Source: the human T2T-CHM13v2.0 reference genome, Homo sapiens
DNA: 64,000 nt
Direction: 5' to 3' (one strand)
Assembly (NCBI RefSeq): GCF_009914755.1
Contig: NC_060926.1
Shown: positions 28,986-44,140 of the stretch, piece by piece
How the letters are laid out: every line of letters starts with the position of its first letter
Position numbering within the stretch: the first letter of the stretch is position 1
Notes under the pieces: model-generated
Database searches by the model: none
Told to the model about the DNA's origin: nothing
What the model saw: only the letters and a program-made list of their open reading frames with translations
Translations under genes and position numbers: made by a program

Positions 28986-29835
28986 ACATCATTTCAATAA
29001 TGATCTTTAAAACTTTGTTTGAAATTATACTGATCATTCCGCTGACTGCTGAATGACCTGGCACCGTCTCAGGGTTTTAGTCTGGAGTTTTTGTTTATGC
29101 TCATGGCCTCATGGAGAACAATATTCACCTGAAGTGACGGCGCTTCTCTTTTTATGTTGTTGAGAAGCATGATTGGCTCTTTTTTTGCAAAATTATTCAC
29201 AAACTTAAACTTTGATTCAGAATTATTGAAGTAACATGGTGAGGCAGAGTAATATGTGACTTAAATTTTATGGAGTACTAAGGAAAACGGGCAGACTTAA
29301 TATAAAAGTGGTGCATTGGTGGTGCTTAAGGGCAAATACCGATAACATGGTGTACAAATAAAGGATCCCGATGATTCAAACAGGTGGAAGTGATGGGAGA
29401 ACTGAGTTGTCACACAGTACCATATCCACACTGTCACACAAATCTCACCTTTATTTATTCCCTTTTGCACTAACGTAGCCAGAAATGTGAAACGATGACA
29501 GTTTTTTCAGTAGGAATTTTTTTTTTTTAGTTTTTATCATTGACCTTTGAGGTGCACTATTAAATTGCTCAGTCCATTAAAATAACGGATTGCTGATTTA
29601 AAAACTGGTTCCTTGCTTAGCTTCAGCAAAACAGCAAAGTCTACCACATTAAATGTATATTGTTTATTTGATTTTTATTGACTTTGTTGTCTTATTTTAA
29701 CTACTTAATTGCAAATCTGTCTTGGGGTTAACACTGTGTAAGAGTTTTAAGCATAAGAAGTCTGTACTTAGAGTTTAGATGTAGTTTTATATTTGTACAT
29801 GTTGATGTAACATTTTAATAATAATAATTCAGGTC

Positions 29836-30131
29836 TGCTGGGCATGGTGGCTCACGCCTGTAATCCCAGCACTTTGGGAGGCTGAGGCGGGCGGCTCACC
29901 TGAGGTCGAGAGTTCAAGACCAGCCTGACCAACATGGAGAAACCCTGTCTCTACTAAAAATGTAAAATTAGCCAGGCATGGTGGCACATGCATGTAATTC
30001 CAGCTACTTGGGAGGCTGAGGTAGGAGAATCGCTTGAACCCGGAGGCGGAGGTTGTGGTGAGCTGAGATCGCACCATTGCACTCTAGCCTGGGCAATGAG
30101 AGCAAAATTCTGTCTCAGAAAAAAAAAAAAA
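29836..30131 (+). mobile_element. Alu
   Basis: Full dimer. Confidence 0.92.
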
Positions 30132-30289
30132 TCAGGTTAATTCTGGGATCTGAGCAAAGTTTTGCTCCTTTCCGAGAGGTGAACACGTTACGCAATTATT
30201 AATAATATCCCTGTGGGAAGGGGCTTTACAACAAATTATTTTACAGGTGAAGGGCAGAAATGAAAACATTTTCTAGAGCCACTCCTGCC

Positions 30290-30415
30290 CTTCTCACTCA
30301 GGAATGTCGCAGTAGTCATATCTCTGTTCTGGATCAGTAGTATAGCACCAGGGCCCCTGCACATCATTGTCTGGATTCCTCCAGTCCCTCTGAGGGGTGT
30401 GTAGCAGGTGAGAAT
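30290..30415 (-). pseudogene. PLG exon-5 homolog (kringle 1 C-half) with 14-nt deletion and dead donor
   Basis: [12 protein letters not shown] / [27 protein letters not shown] in two frames; donor reads gg instead of gt. Confidence 0.88.
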
Positions 30416-31727
30416 CTGGGGAGGATGGAAGAGAAGCACTTAGACTATATTCTAAAAATCAGCTTGCTATTAGCAAGGCAGAAGGAGATGCTCTCGATTC
30501 CCATCTGAGATTGTCATCCAAATGCATTTCAGCTGGGTGCTGCAGCATTTGTGTGGTCAGATTTTCAATTTCTCTATTGATAGGCTGCTTCTGGCACAGT
30601 AGCTAATATTACCATTGCTACTGTGACAGCCAAGTCTTAGACAGAGAGCCAAAATATTTTTATTGCACAGTCAGGAGAAATATAAAGGCCTCAAAAGCCT
30701 GCCATGGTCTTAATTCATTCCAAACACCTGCTTTTGTCAGTTGCCCTTTTCTCTGTAAAAATTTTCGTAGTTAACACCATTTTGTCCATGTGAACTATGT
30801 GCCAGGAATTCCACTAACATCTTTCCACACATTCTCTCTTTTAGTCCTAAAAAAAAAACCATTTGAGGAAGGTGTTATTATCCCTGTTTTACAGATGAGA
30901 AGACTGAGTGGCAACGTAAAACAAAACAAAACAAAACTTGCCTAAGCATAAATAGCTATGAAGAAGCAGATCAAGAATTCAAAGTTGATCTGTCTGATTC
31001 CAAAGTCCTGGTTTTCTCTGAAATGCAGCTTGAATTATTGGGGATGGAGGAGGGATTTAAACTTATTTTCAGTTCTAGAGATGAGTTGCTGTATAGAGAC
31101 AACCATTTAGATGACAATCACAAGACTTACAGTCTAGAAAGGCAGGTTTTATTTCTGGTTCTTCTGTGAACCTATTTGGGGTAACCCCCACCCCCCAAGA
31201 CCTCAGTTCCCTCATGAAGATGAGCCTAGACTACCTCATAAAAATGGCCCAGAGTGTCTCCATGGCCCCCGATAGTCTCTGACTTCGCCATTTGGTTGAA
31301 TCAGTTTTCATTAACTCACGGGGAATATTTGATCTGCTCATCTCATAGGGATATAGCAAAGGCAATTTGTTGAGTGTTGGGGGAATGGATAAAGGTGAGT
31401 AACAGGCACTAAGTTCCTATTTGATAAGTGTCATTACTGAGAACTTAAGGCCACCTAACACCAAACTGGGAAAAGCACAAAAAAATGCACTAAAATAAAT
31501 AATAGGCAAGTTGTGACATTTGAATTTCACGTATCTTCATTTTCACTTTTATATTTTATTTACTATTTTGCACCACAATTTGAGTCAAACATGTGATGAG
31601 AGTTCTAACTTGATATGTTTACTTCAGTCCCAAACATAGTCATCTTTGGTCTTTTCTCAGATTTGGCCTAAAACTCGTAGTTTCATTGATTTTTTTTTTT
31701 TTAACTAGGCATTCTTCTATGTTCTAG

Positions 31728-31762
31728 GTCTTCAAGAAACCTCCATACCCAAGAAAAAATAG
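31728..31762 (+). CDS. RGPD1: Probable terminal coding exon (G)LQETSIPKKK*, 3' UTR to ~33191
   Basis: Poly-T/pyrimidine tract plus ttctag acceptor, phase-1 compatible; ATTAAA at 33172-33177. Peptide matches my recollection of the RGPD1/2 C-terminus. Confidence 0.7.
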
Positions 31763-31883
31763 AAAGCAACCATGTTCTACTATGGTGACAAAAATAGTTG
31801 AACATCGACATCAAAAAGATTCTTTCTGTCTGCTTATTTACATATTCTGGTTTGAATTAAAAGTGATGAAATTATCCTAAATA

Positions 31884-32178
31884 CAGTTGGCCCTCTGTAT
31901 CCATGGGTTCCACATCAACAAATTCAACCAACTGTGGATGGAAAAGACTTGAAAAAGATGAGAGAAAATAACAATATGACAATAAAACATAATACAAATA
32001 AAAACAATACAGTATAACAACGATTACATAGCATTTACATTATATTAGGGATTGCACAAGAGAAGGTATGTAGGTTATATGCAAATACTGCACCATTTTA
32101 CATAAGGGACTTGAGAAGCATGGATTTTGGTAGCCACAGGGGTCCTGGAACCAATCCCTCACAGACACAGACGGACAC
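31884..32178. mobile_element. MER2/Tigger-family MITE
   Basis: tacagttggccctctgtatccatggg...cctggaaccaatccc. Confidence 0.78.
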
Positions 32179-32182
32179 TTTA

Positions 32183-32458
<276 letters not shown>

Positions 32459-35400
32459 TCATCTTTTGCACCTGCAAAAAGGCAGCAGTAAACTGGGCCA
32501 TTCCATACTTTGATTCATGTATTCAAATGCTACTTATGAGCTCTTTGTGTATCGAGCCCCACCAGGATGCTGGGGACACACGGGGCACAGTGCAGCCAGA
32601 GGCTTGGCCATCATAGAGCTCACATTCTAGTGGAATCAGACAGGGGGGTTACAGGAAATATTCAAGTAAACAGTATAAAATGAGATCACTTGATGATACA
32701 TGGATACATGTTACATACATGATGAGACAGAGTAAGAGAAGGGGGAAAGGGTTTTTAGATGGGGGAATGGCAGGCTTTTCTGAGGCTGAAAGAGATCCAA
32801 CCCACTTCTATTTCTTCAGGCTCCCAGTGATATGAAAAAGTGCCAAACAGGACTATAAAATTGTGGTCTACTGTAAATGGTTTGCAGTAAAAGTTCTCAA
32901 CCAGCTTCCACTCAACCAACTCACCAGTTAGACAATGGGCCCTCTCCTGTGTTTAAAACAGTCCCGTGCCCACCTGGGTCCACATGCAGCTGGCAGGTGT
33001 TTGCTAGTGTGCCCACCCATGTCTGTTCCCCCCACGTGAGTTATGTGCTTACAACGAGTCATTTCTTTGCATTTTCCAACTTTCTTACATTTATATTTAA
33101 TTAAAGATGATCTAAACTGAGAAATGAATGTGAAAAGAAACAAAGCTCTTTTTTGTTTGGTTTTTAACTAAATTAAATGTTTTTAACAAGTTGAAACGTG
33201 AATCATTTAAAAAATTGCTATCAGATCCACAGAGGGCAATCCACTCATATAGTTGACTATAAAGCTTGAGGAGGAATTCATAAAAATCTAAAGGTTTTAC
33301 ACATGCAGATTGATTAATAAATGTCGAGATATGGTCCACTTCAAAAATAAGGAAAGTAATTATTGTAGATGTTGCACTAGAGCATAGTTTATGCAGGAAA
33401 TGCACCAGAGACCTTCTACTGGTGACCCCATATTCGAAGAAAAAAAGCCTCTGCTCTACATCAAGAGGTGTCAAGTACACTTGTGTTTTCAATGAAAATA
33501 TAAAATGTTTAAGGTATATTTGCACCATCATTTAAGGTTACCCACTTTAGCCATTTTTAAATTCACTGATCAATCACATGGGGAGTACTCCTAACGTACC
33601 TACAGCAAACTAATGCTTTTAACCCAATACTACGTATTATGATTGCCAGTACATCTTCATTGGGACATAGTATTACAGTAGACATAAGACACTCATCAAA
33701 GTGTAAACTCAAGGTACTTTGTGAAAGGGAGGTCTAGGGGTCAAGGAAGATTTGCAAAGGAGGTGATGATTGAGCTGACACCTAGGCGATAAGAAGGAGC
33801 TGGCACAGCAGGACAAAGGTGAAGAGGGTCCCAGGCAGGAGGGCGTGTGCTTGGGGTGGTGAAGGAACAGAAGTAAGGCCAGAAACTTTGTAGAAAAGTT
33901 TAGCAAGCCAAGCAAACAGCAGCCGGGGGTTACGTAAATAATGCCGGGCCCTGGCACATTTGGGAAGTCTTTGGGTCTTATTTTAAGGGCACTAGGAAGG
34001 GCTTTAAACAGGGAAGTTACATTTCTTCGAGATCAGGTGTACAGCTACAAGTAGCCCCAACCAGTGGTGATAGGGTCTTGGACTCGGTGAAGGCAGTGTG
34101 GCTGGTGGCAAGTGGCAGAAGTAAACGTGATCTAACACTGACTGTTCCTGGCAAAACCCTGGCAGGTAAGTTAGCAGCAGGTCAATATCCCACAGCAACT
34201 GTATGTACCCACCGGAGTTTATATAACCTTTTGCTCCCTTCTGTCACTTTGAAAACAAGCAAACTAAGCCTTCAAACTTCACACTTCAAACTCAACCTAC
34301 AGTCATTCCCATGTTCCTTCTGGTTAACAATTTACAAATGACATATTTAAATGTTAGCATTTTGTAGAGAGAATCAGGAGAATCAGGGTTTTTTGTTTTT
34401 TTTTTTTAAATCTGGTACAATTAGGTCATCCTATTTAGTTTACCGTTTGCTTGCTACTTGTAAGAACTAATAAATTCACCAGATAAAGTTTAGATTTCAT
34501 CTGTACTTTAATCTCAAGAATTCGAGATAAATAGTGGTAAGGAAGAAAGTACAATGCATACAGCTAATGAAACCCAGGAAGAAGAGTCAATGCATAGAAA
34601 TAATTCCAACCCAAATAAATACTATTTAAAATGCTACTTGGAGTTTTGCCGTGATACTAGACACAATATGGCAAATCATCCTCAAGAATACAAGAACTAA
34701 GGTGTTTCCAGTCCTCTTTAACACCTGTGATGCAGGATATTTGGAGAGCTAAATTGTTATTATTAACGGTCTTAATACCTGGCCACCAACACAGTAGAGG
34801 AAACAGTTTTTAAAGTGTCATACATCTCTTCAAATATTCATACGCTTAATGAAACATTCGCACATCTAAAAAGGCATGCAATTTCTATTGAAATCCTGTG
34901 TGCCTCTTATTCTAAGCAGTGGGACTATTGACCCACATTTTAAAATAAACTATAGAAAAGGAACTGTAACTTTTACACATTTTTAAAAGACAACATATCA
35001 GAAATCTGAGAAAAATATAGACCATGTCCCCCAAAATGTGAAAAATTTAAGAGTAAAAAATAAGATTTGTGTCCCAATCTAAATGTTTCTGAGGATTAAA
35101 ACACCTCAGTATTTCTGTTTTACAAGGCTTCGTCCAGATGTTAGGGCCCAAGGACCATGGTCACCCTGCAGAATAAGAAGCCAAGACCAAAAGGAATGCT
35201 TAGACTTCCCATCTCCTTGTTAAATATAAAATAATATTTTAAAAATCTTATTTTCAGGGTCATAGAGGTAGAAGTGATTTTGTAAATCTAATCCTTTCAT
35301 TTTTTGAACAAAAAAAAATTAAATCTAGGAGGTGAAGTAATATACTCAAGCTGACATGGTTAGTTAGTAATCAAATCCTGTCCTAACTCAGAATTCAATT

Positions 35401-35518
35401 TTACAACACCATAGCACCTTCCTCCTCTGGTCTCATAAATTAAAGATAGAATAGAGAAAGAGGAAGAGTGGGAGGATGGGGAGGACAGTAGGAGGAGGAG
35501 GAAGAAAATGTACTCACT

Positions 35519-35662
<144 letters not shown>

Positions 35663-36719
35663 TTATTTAAAGAAAACAAATGTTTATTAATAAATGAGAA
35701 ATGCTAAAGATCATTGACTATCTTGAGGGACCAGAGAGCTCAGAATTGCTGCCTCTTTCAGTTATTTGGGCATGGCATTGATGAAGTACTGAACAAAATA
35801 CACCAACGTGGCAGTAAATCTTATCTGCCCTTACCTTTCCTCCCTCATAATTTTCTCTTTCTTTCTGTTTCAACTGTTTTACTTCTTCTTCACTCATCTT
35901 CTTAATTTTTGTTTTTGGGTCAGAAAGAAGCAACTCTGGTTGCTTTGAACCCATTCCCCAAGATAGTCCATCTCCATGACCTCCCAACTCTGATCAGTTC
36001 CCCTGAACCTCTGTCCCACATTCCACCCCACCCTGGCCCCTGACCCCTCCCATCTCCATCCCGTGGTCCTGCTATGGGTGCTCAGTCTGGCATCCATAGC
36101 TACTTTCCCAGGCTCATCACCTACACAAAGTCTCTGCTTTAGTCAACTTGATCTCTTAATGGTCCCCCTCAGAAAGTGCAGGGCCGCATCTTCCCCTGCC
36201 TTCCTGGTGCTTTTCAAGAGCTCTCTCAACTCCAAACCCAGCTCGGTTCCCACCTCCTCCCTGAGCCTTCTCTAGCTGCCTCAACCTTAGGCACTGTTCT
36301 TTCTTCTGGATCTGGGTAGAGCATGCATTGATTATGCCTGTAGCTCACTTAGGCTGTCTTTTTTTTTTTTTTTAACATTATATCCAGTCACCTTAAATAC
36401 TGAAGGGCAGGCACTGGATCTTGTAGCTATAAGTCATTGCTCAGATCTATCTAGGACACTTTCATTCATATGATCCTCAACAAACATTTACTGATGATGA
36501 TGTTAAAAACTGGAGCTCAGAACAATAACTGCTAATGTTTATGTCCGGTGTAAAAACAAATAACTTCCTTTTAGGGTATTTTTCTAATGAAGACTCCAGT
36601 AAACCTTAACAAGAAGGTGTTAGTATGGCTTCACATGCTATGAGCAAATATAGTTCCAAACTCTGGCTCCATAAATTTCTCTTTCCTCTTAAATCGTTAA
36701 TAAATTTGTGAGTAAATTA

Positions 36720-36947
<228 letters not shown>

Positions 36948-37069
36948 TCAATGCCAATGTCTAATTGTCATGACTTCCTTTTAATCTATTTGGTTAGCAT
37001 TAACCAAATAAAACTTGCTGTTTACTGGAAGTAGAATGGGTAGCTATGAATCAAAATGTTTAGTTAAGA

Positions 37070-37310
37070 ACACACAGTTGGGCATGTGGACATAAATAAA
37101 GATGGCAACTAAAGACACTGGGGACTACCAGAGAAGGGAGAGAGGGAGCGAGGCAAGGGCTGAAAAACTACCTATTTAGTAGGTATTTAGCTCACTACCT
37201 GGGTGATGGGAATCATTTGTACCCCAAAGCTCAGTGTCACGCAATTTAGTGATGTAACAAACCTGCACATGTACCCCTGACTCTAAAAGTTGAAATTATA
37301 AAACAAAGAA
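37070..37310 (+). mobile_element. L1P 3' end fragment
   Basis: aaacctgcacatgtacccct...aaaagttg. Confidence 0.75.
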
Positions 37311-39769
37311 AAACAGTTTCATTAACAGATTGCAAGATAGTAAAAGATTAACTGGATTGATAAACAGGTTAGAACTATGGAACCACTACTATGTTACCAT
37401 ATTAGTGGATATAAATCCTTAAACAAGAACAAATTTTATGTTTGCTATCAATTGTGCCATGTCATGAGAGAAGAGTAAGGCACCATCAGTGGCAGTTGTG
37501 TTACCAAGATTGATGTTGATTTGTTCATCCCTGGGTAGAAATGGAACTTGGAGGCCATTGTTTGATTTCCTACAATATGCGCTTTGGTTCTGACACTGTC
37601 ACTTGAACTGGTGGGAAGCATCCTCTGAATGGTCCCTCCTTGAGACACATAAATTTTGGTGCATAGATGATGGTGGAAATAAACAAGAACTGAACTAAAT
37701 TATGTTGCCACCTTGGACAAAAATTGGGCAAAACACTGGAGGGTAAGAAGCTCCCCAACAAAGAAGGCCATTTTTGTACTGGGCTGATGACAGTCACACA
37801 ACACTACTAACTGGGGAGAAATCAGTTTTTCCAAGGTGTTGACAGGTATCTGGATTTCGGAGGAAACTGTAAAAAAGCAGAACCTGGGACAAATACTGGT
37901 CTTGGTTTTTCTTTGAGATCAAATCTGAGACAACGAATCTGTCCGAAAGCTGCTTTCTGCCTGGTCGTGGCAGAGGGTGGCCAAGGGGGCCTCAGCTGTG
38001 CTCCCACCACAAGGCTACAGGGTGTTCCCTTGTCCTGAGGCTCTTCCGGACATCTGGCTGAGCTTTGGTAGGTCTATTCCAAGCCTGGAGATGCCAGCTC
38101 CATCCTTCGCACAGAATGCTAGTGATTTTCACAGGGGTAAGAGGCCAAAAGAGGCTAATAAAATGAAGATAGCCAAGCTCCATGGAATTAGACAACAGGA
38201 CAACCTTGACCACTTTGAGGGGCGTGGTGGGGGCTGCAGGCAGAGGGAGTGGGTTATAGAGTGACGAGGAGAGCAGTGGAGGCGGCAGCGGGAGACAAGC
38301 CTGGCTCTGAAGACAGCGAGCCCTCCAGGGAAGATGCGGTCAGGGGAGGTTCTGAAAGATGACACACTGCAGAGCGCACTGGTTTGTATGCTGATGACAA
38401 ATATCCAGTAGGAAGGCAAATGAACAGATTCTCATTCTCAGAAAGGCCCGTCCTGACCTCCTGAGGGTACACAGAGCACAGGGAGGAGGATGCACGCTCA
38501 TCAATTCATGCAAAGTCCTCGGCCAAAGTCCCCCTGCTCCCCACCTCTGGGACTTCGTCCTTCCTCAATTTAAGACATTCCGGGCTGGAAAAATGGATTA
38601 TTGAGCAGGAGTTGGCTGATGCATTCTAAACCTAATCCACTAAAAAGCACTTGAGAGATGTATCAAAAGATCACAAAGAAATAGATGCTTTAGGCCCATA
38701 TCCATGTCTTTACCCCGCACTTTCTGCCAACTTGAACTCTCATTTCCAAGAAGAGTTGTGTTTTGGTTAATTCTATAGCTCACAGTGTGACTTCAAAACA
38801 CACAATAAATCCACAAAGTGTGTCCTACGGTGAGTTCAGTTAAACTTTCTGAAGAGTTTTTTTGAAGTATAGCAGAGCAGGCTACAATTGATATTCAAAA
38901 AAAGAAAACTTCCATTTATTTCCCCCTTCAATTAAGTTCTCTGTGTCATGTTATTATACTTCATAGCGCATCGCTGCTGAGATCCCCTCCCCAGCTCCTG
39001 TCCCTAGGAAATATCCCAAAACAGAATCAAACTTTTTTCTTTTTAATTTGAAATAATTTTCCCCCATTTTTTTTTTCTCTTATTCACCTCTAGGACTCAT
39101 ATGGCAATAGGATTTGATAGGGCTTATTTGCTGGCAAGGAAACATCAAATCTTTTAGTGGAAAAATACATTTATATTATAGGCAAAATGCAGATGTATAT
39201 TGCTACTGATGCAAATGTATTTTATTAATGGTGTGAGAATTTCTTCCTCACTGTGGTGTGTGAATGTGTATGCATATTTGCATGTGTAAAAGACTTAATT
39301 TGTGAAATGGAAGATGTTTCTCCACTTCCCACTAAGCATGGCTGTAAAAGAAACTTTTTCCTCTCCCCGGGCATTGCAGCACACTGGAAAGATGATACAT
39401 CCACAGAAAGCCTGGCTTTCCAAAAGAGCTTATGAGAGAATGTTCCCCCCAGGTTGGTTAAAACATTGGTAATCCTGTGGCGGAGAAGTTTGTTCTAGCC
39501 TTTGGGTGTAGCCCACTGAATAAGTTCACAGTGATCTATGTCATAGTTTCCATGCATTGAAATATAATATTCACACCCCCAACATACACCAATTTCTTAC
39601 AAAAATTTCTTTAATTTTCTCCTGCTCTGTATTTTGTTTGATAGCTCCTTGAATGGCTTCCACTAAATTCAAATGTATTTGACTCTAAAGTGCAACTTGT
39701 AAAATTTTATCTGGTAATTTATAGATTGAATTTCAAGTATACATTATTTACAGGAAGAACTACTAGCAA

Positions 39770-40040
39770 ATCGTATGATTCCGTTCGTATGAAATGTTCA
39801 AAATGGCAAAGATATAAATACAGAAAGTAGATTAGTGGTTGCCAGAAGCTGCAGATCGGGGGTAACAGCTAAGGAGAGTGGAGTGCGTTTTTGGGGGTAT
39901 GAATAGTTTTAAAATTTATTCTGATGGTGGCTGCACAACTCTCAATATATTGAAATCCATTGGATTGTATGCCTAAATGGGTGAATTCTATACATTAATT
40001 ATATCTCAATAAAGCTTTTTTTAAAAAAAAGAAAAAGAAA
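39770..40040 (+). mobile_element. L1MB-like 3' end
   Basis: agaaagtagattagtggttgcc...tatatctcaataaagc. Confidence 0.75.
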
Positions 40041-40953
40041 AAGAACTACTAGGACATGTTTAGAATATTATTTCAAAGGCTTAAACAAAGCTGAAAAGTG
40101 AGAAGAGCCCTAGATTCCTTCTGGGAAACCTGGCTTAAATCCAGTTTTCTTTATTTCCCAGATTTGAGAATTTGGTCACTGAGCAAATAACATGATTTTC
40201 CTAAGTCTAGATTTCTTTGTTTATAAAATGAGGGTGAATATGCTACCCTACCTATACCGCGAGCTAAATAAGCTAGTATTTGTAAAGGACACACACTCAC
40301 ACTCACATTCACACACAGGTATGTATGTATGTGTAAAAATGTAGCGACCTAACCCAAGCACTAAGTGAGTATTTGTTGAATCACTGTCTGCACACAGCAT
40401 CTGGCAAATGGATGCGTGTGATTTTTCCGGGGATTAGAGGCAAACGTATACTGATGGAAAGCCTTCCTCAGGCCATAACAAAGGGAGAAATGCTGAATCC
40501 CTGACGCTGCCACCACCATGAACTGGTGAGAGAACAGAATATATTCAAAGAGAAATTTCATTGTTTTAACTTGCAAGTGAGGGGAGCATGACACCGTAAG
40601 AGAGATTATATAAATTAGTCAAACTGAGAACCAGGCGAAGAGCTTAGCCGTCCTTTGCATAGTTAGCTACATTGGCTCTTTTTCAATTAGACTGGCCATT
40701 ATGTGGGTGCACTCATTTAGATTTGAAAAACCACCCATTATTTTCTCTGCGCATTCATTCCAGCACGCTGACAATCTTCACAGGAAAACTAAACTTATTT
40801 CTTGAAGAATTCCTCAATCTTATACAAGATTTTCAACTGGGAGTTTCATGAATCAAAAATTAAATGAATTGCACATAAAGCCATGGCATATGTATTTGTA
40901 CTGCATTGTGGGAGAAAAAATAATTATTATAATTTAAAAAAACTATGTCTTAC

Positions 40954-41002
40954 CTGATTTCAGAAATAAAAGAAGTAGAAGAACCACTTCCTTATGTTCC
41001 AT
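40954..41002 (-). CDS. PLGLB1: Plasminogen-like B exon 1, signal peptide MEHKEVVLLLLLFLKS
   Basis: ATG at 41002, TCAG|gtaag donor, 49 coding nt as in PLG exon 1. Confidence 0.93.
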
Positions 41003-41049
41003 TTTGGGACTGGCCAGCAGTGCCCAGAAAGTGTGTCCCAATCCCAGGA

Positions 41050-41220
41050 TGTTGTTGACTTACATGAGAGTAAACGCATCCACAGACCAGATAGTCAAAT
41101 TAAGTTAATGATTCTCTCAGACACCCACGCCACTGGCTCAGCAGGGTTCAAACATGACCTTGAATAAAGGGTCCTTACAAAATGATTGAGGGTGGAATCT
41201 GCAATAGATGCTGGGAAGTG
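41050..41220 (-). promoter_or_regulatory. PLG-type liver promoter with HNF1-like site
   Basis: GTTAATGATT at 41104-41113, just upstream of the PLG-like 5' UTR; CTGGGAA (STAT/IL-6RE-like) at 41211-41217. Confidence 0.55.
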
Positions 41221-42673
41221 GTGAAAGCAATCTCCCCCCTCAGCTGCTCCATGCTGCCTTCATGTCTCCTTACTCCTTCCCTCACCTTTGTACTTTATCT
41301 CTCACAATTAGTCTTATTTCCTCCCCTCTTCTTTTATTCCCTTTCTTTTGGAGAAAATGAAATCAGAAAAGTATCTCACATTTGCTGGAACCTTCCATGA
41401 CGAGACCCTCTGCCAAGCGCTGCACGTCCATAGCCTCCCTCAAGCTTCCCAACAGGCAGTGCTGTTCTCATTCCTGCTGTACGAGGGATGGGGCTGAGGC
41501 CTTCCCCAAGGTTGTGTCGCTACCCAGGGGTGCAGCTGATAGACAAAACCCTTTCAGGTCCTGGATGACAAACTTAAGTTAGGTGTAAATGTTAATATCT
41601 CCACATCCTACACCAAATGACATAGAAATTACGACATAAGTGAAAGTATCTTATTATCTTCAAAATTTCTTTATTCCCAGTGAACTCACATGTTTTCTGT
41701 AATTATAAATTATAAGACATCAATCTTTCCCCCAAATGAACGTATGGCATATTATTATATTCTCATTCTCATGAAATAAAGCAAGACTGGTAGCACTAAG
41801 TGGAAAGCGTCTATCTCAATTTTAAATGTTGAATCTGTACTTTTCCCTGGCTTAAGTCTAGAGCAACCAGGTAGTATATATGTTGTAAAACTTCTATTTT
41901 AGTGTTCAAAGATATTTAGCAATAAATCAATTGACCTCTCTATTTTAGATGTGAAATAAGGACCAGAAAGCATTGTTCCTCTTTCCAGGCAGTGAAATTC
42001 CTGCCTATTCATTAACTGGCAAAAGAGTAGAGGTGGGAGCCCAATGGTCTTGGGTGGAACGTCCTGTGGAATTCCCTGGGATTGAGGAATCATGCAGAAC
42101 CCTCAAGAAGAAACCACACTGGGCAACAAGAGGGTGGCCCCATGTGAGGAACAGGGGGACCGAATCGCATTTCCTGATTTCCTATTCTAGCCTCACTCTC
42201 TTCTCTCCTCAAATTCTTACCACTCCCTTTATCCTCTCTGACTCACCTCGTGGCCCAGTTCATTAAAGGGGACAGAAGGTGGAGGCAAATTGAGAAACCA
42301 GCAGTGGGCAGACGTTTTATTTTTAATGTGAAATGTCTCTTAGGGGGCTTATGTTGATGTGCTTGAGAAAGTACTTTGGGGAAAAAAAAAACTAACTCTA
42401 CTAATATATAATGCTTCCAGCATGTATTTATTTCCACTTAAAATATTATTGTAGCAGTTCCTCTTGGATAAGGCATCTTGGGAATGATGTTATCAGAAAT
42501 TCTACATCCACATAATTTTCTTTTCCTGTTTTTTTGGTTTTGACTTGGGTAGTGTTGGTATAGCTTTTGCCCACCTTTCCCCTGGTAGGTGTTAGATGCA
42601 TTAAATTCTACAAATGCGATTTTATAAATTAGTTGCCCTCCTAATGGCCTCCTGGCTGTACATTCTTCCCTAC

Positions 42674-42752
42674 CTTCATAATCCATCAGCATCGTGAAAG
42701 CACAGAGGGACATTGAGCAGAGTTCTGTGCTGGCGCCACCGCACTCTGTAGC
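42674..42752 (-). other. Candidate upstream alternative exon of the PLG-like unit (..MSLCAFTMLMDYEG)
   Basis: tcttacag| acceptor, GAAG|gtaggg donor, phase-1 end matching exon 2. Confidence 0.5.
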
Positions 42753-43120
42753 CTGTAAGAGAGCAGCAAAGAGGAATGAGTTGCTCAGGTATAGACAGGG
42801 GTGGATGCATAGAGACTTCCACTGTGGCACGGCCCTTCATGTCCAGGGTAGGCATGAAGCAATGGACTATTCCAGATTGTGCATAGGAAACCACACTGCA
42901 CTCTTAGACGGATTTTTGCTCTAAAGACAACTAATTCAAAATAAGGTGCTTTCTACCTGAAATAATGGCATGAACTGAGAAAAGAGATATAGAGAGAGAT
43001 CTCTGTGTACTACGATCAGGTTGCACATATTCTGAGATTTATGTATTCTTATTTAGTTCAATTCCTTATTTACTGACCACTTACTGTGTACAATATTGTA
43101 TTAGATTCTTTTAGGATTAC

Positions 43121-44140
43121 AGTTGACCCTTGAACAACTTGGGGGCTTGGCACACTGACCGTACACAGTAGAAAATCCAGGTATAATTCTGATTCCCCCA
43201 AACTTAACTACTGATAGCCTGCTGTTGACCAGCAACAGTTAATAACATGTATTTTGTATGCTATATGTATTATATACTGTATTCTTACAATAAAGTAAGC
43301 TAGAGAAAAGGAAACGTTTCTAAGGAGAAAATACATCTATGGTACTGTTATGTATTTATCCATACAGTAAGTTTACACCGCCTGTTTACAAGATGAATCA
43401 TCTGTCTGAAATGGAAGCAACCCCAGCTACAGACCTCAGTCTCTGTTACATATCAAGCAAATCAAGTTTTTCTTGTAATGTCAAATGTCATGACTTTTCT
43501 CTGCTTCTTGGGAGCACTTCCAGCATCACTAGTGCCACTTCATGTGGATCCCATGGTGTTATTCAAGGTTTACAGTACAGCACGAAACAGGACGAAAAAT
43601 ACATGTGAACAGGGAGAGGGCACTTTTTACTGGGATGCGCAATTCACTGGGGATGACCTGCTCATGATGGAATGTTGAGTATCACAGAACGTTTTAAGTG
43701 GATACTTGCAACACCTGAGCTCATTGCAACAGCAACAGGAGGAGGCTATGAACTTATTACCGTACTGTGGTATGCACTACGGTTAAATTTATGCAGTTAC
43801 AATTTAATACTGCATCTTGATGTTTGTATACACTTCTCTCAACTGAGAATAGCACCATATACGATCTGTGAGTGTGTACATAAGTTTTATTAAATTTTAA
43901 CTTTTGCAATAGTTTTGTTATATTTTATGGTAGTAAATAATAAAATAGACTAGGTATCTACATACATTTTATGCATTCATGACATACTTAACTTTTTCTA
44001 TTTTTGTTGATATTTCTAGCTGCATGGTTTGTCTTTGAGTTTTTTCAAATTGTTGCAAAACTCCAAAACATTTTCTAACACATTTATTGAAAAAAATCTG
44101 TGTGTAACAGTTCAGATGTGTGTTGTTCAATGATCAACTA
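43121..44140. mobile_element. Tigger2-family DNA transposon remnant
   Basis: TIR-like cagttgacccttgaacaac and gttgttcaatgatcaacta. Confidence 0.8.

Noticed and set aside
31395-31402. GTGAGTAA as an alternative RGPD last exon (GE*)
   Set aside because: The preceding AG has no pyrimidine tract; 31728 is a much better acceptor.
35498-35510. GAGGAAGAAAATG resembling the GCC2 last exon (EEEN)
   Set aside because: It is a purine-rich tract in a PLG intron with no acceptor, and the similarity does not continue.
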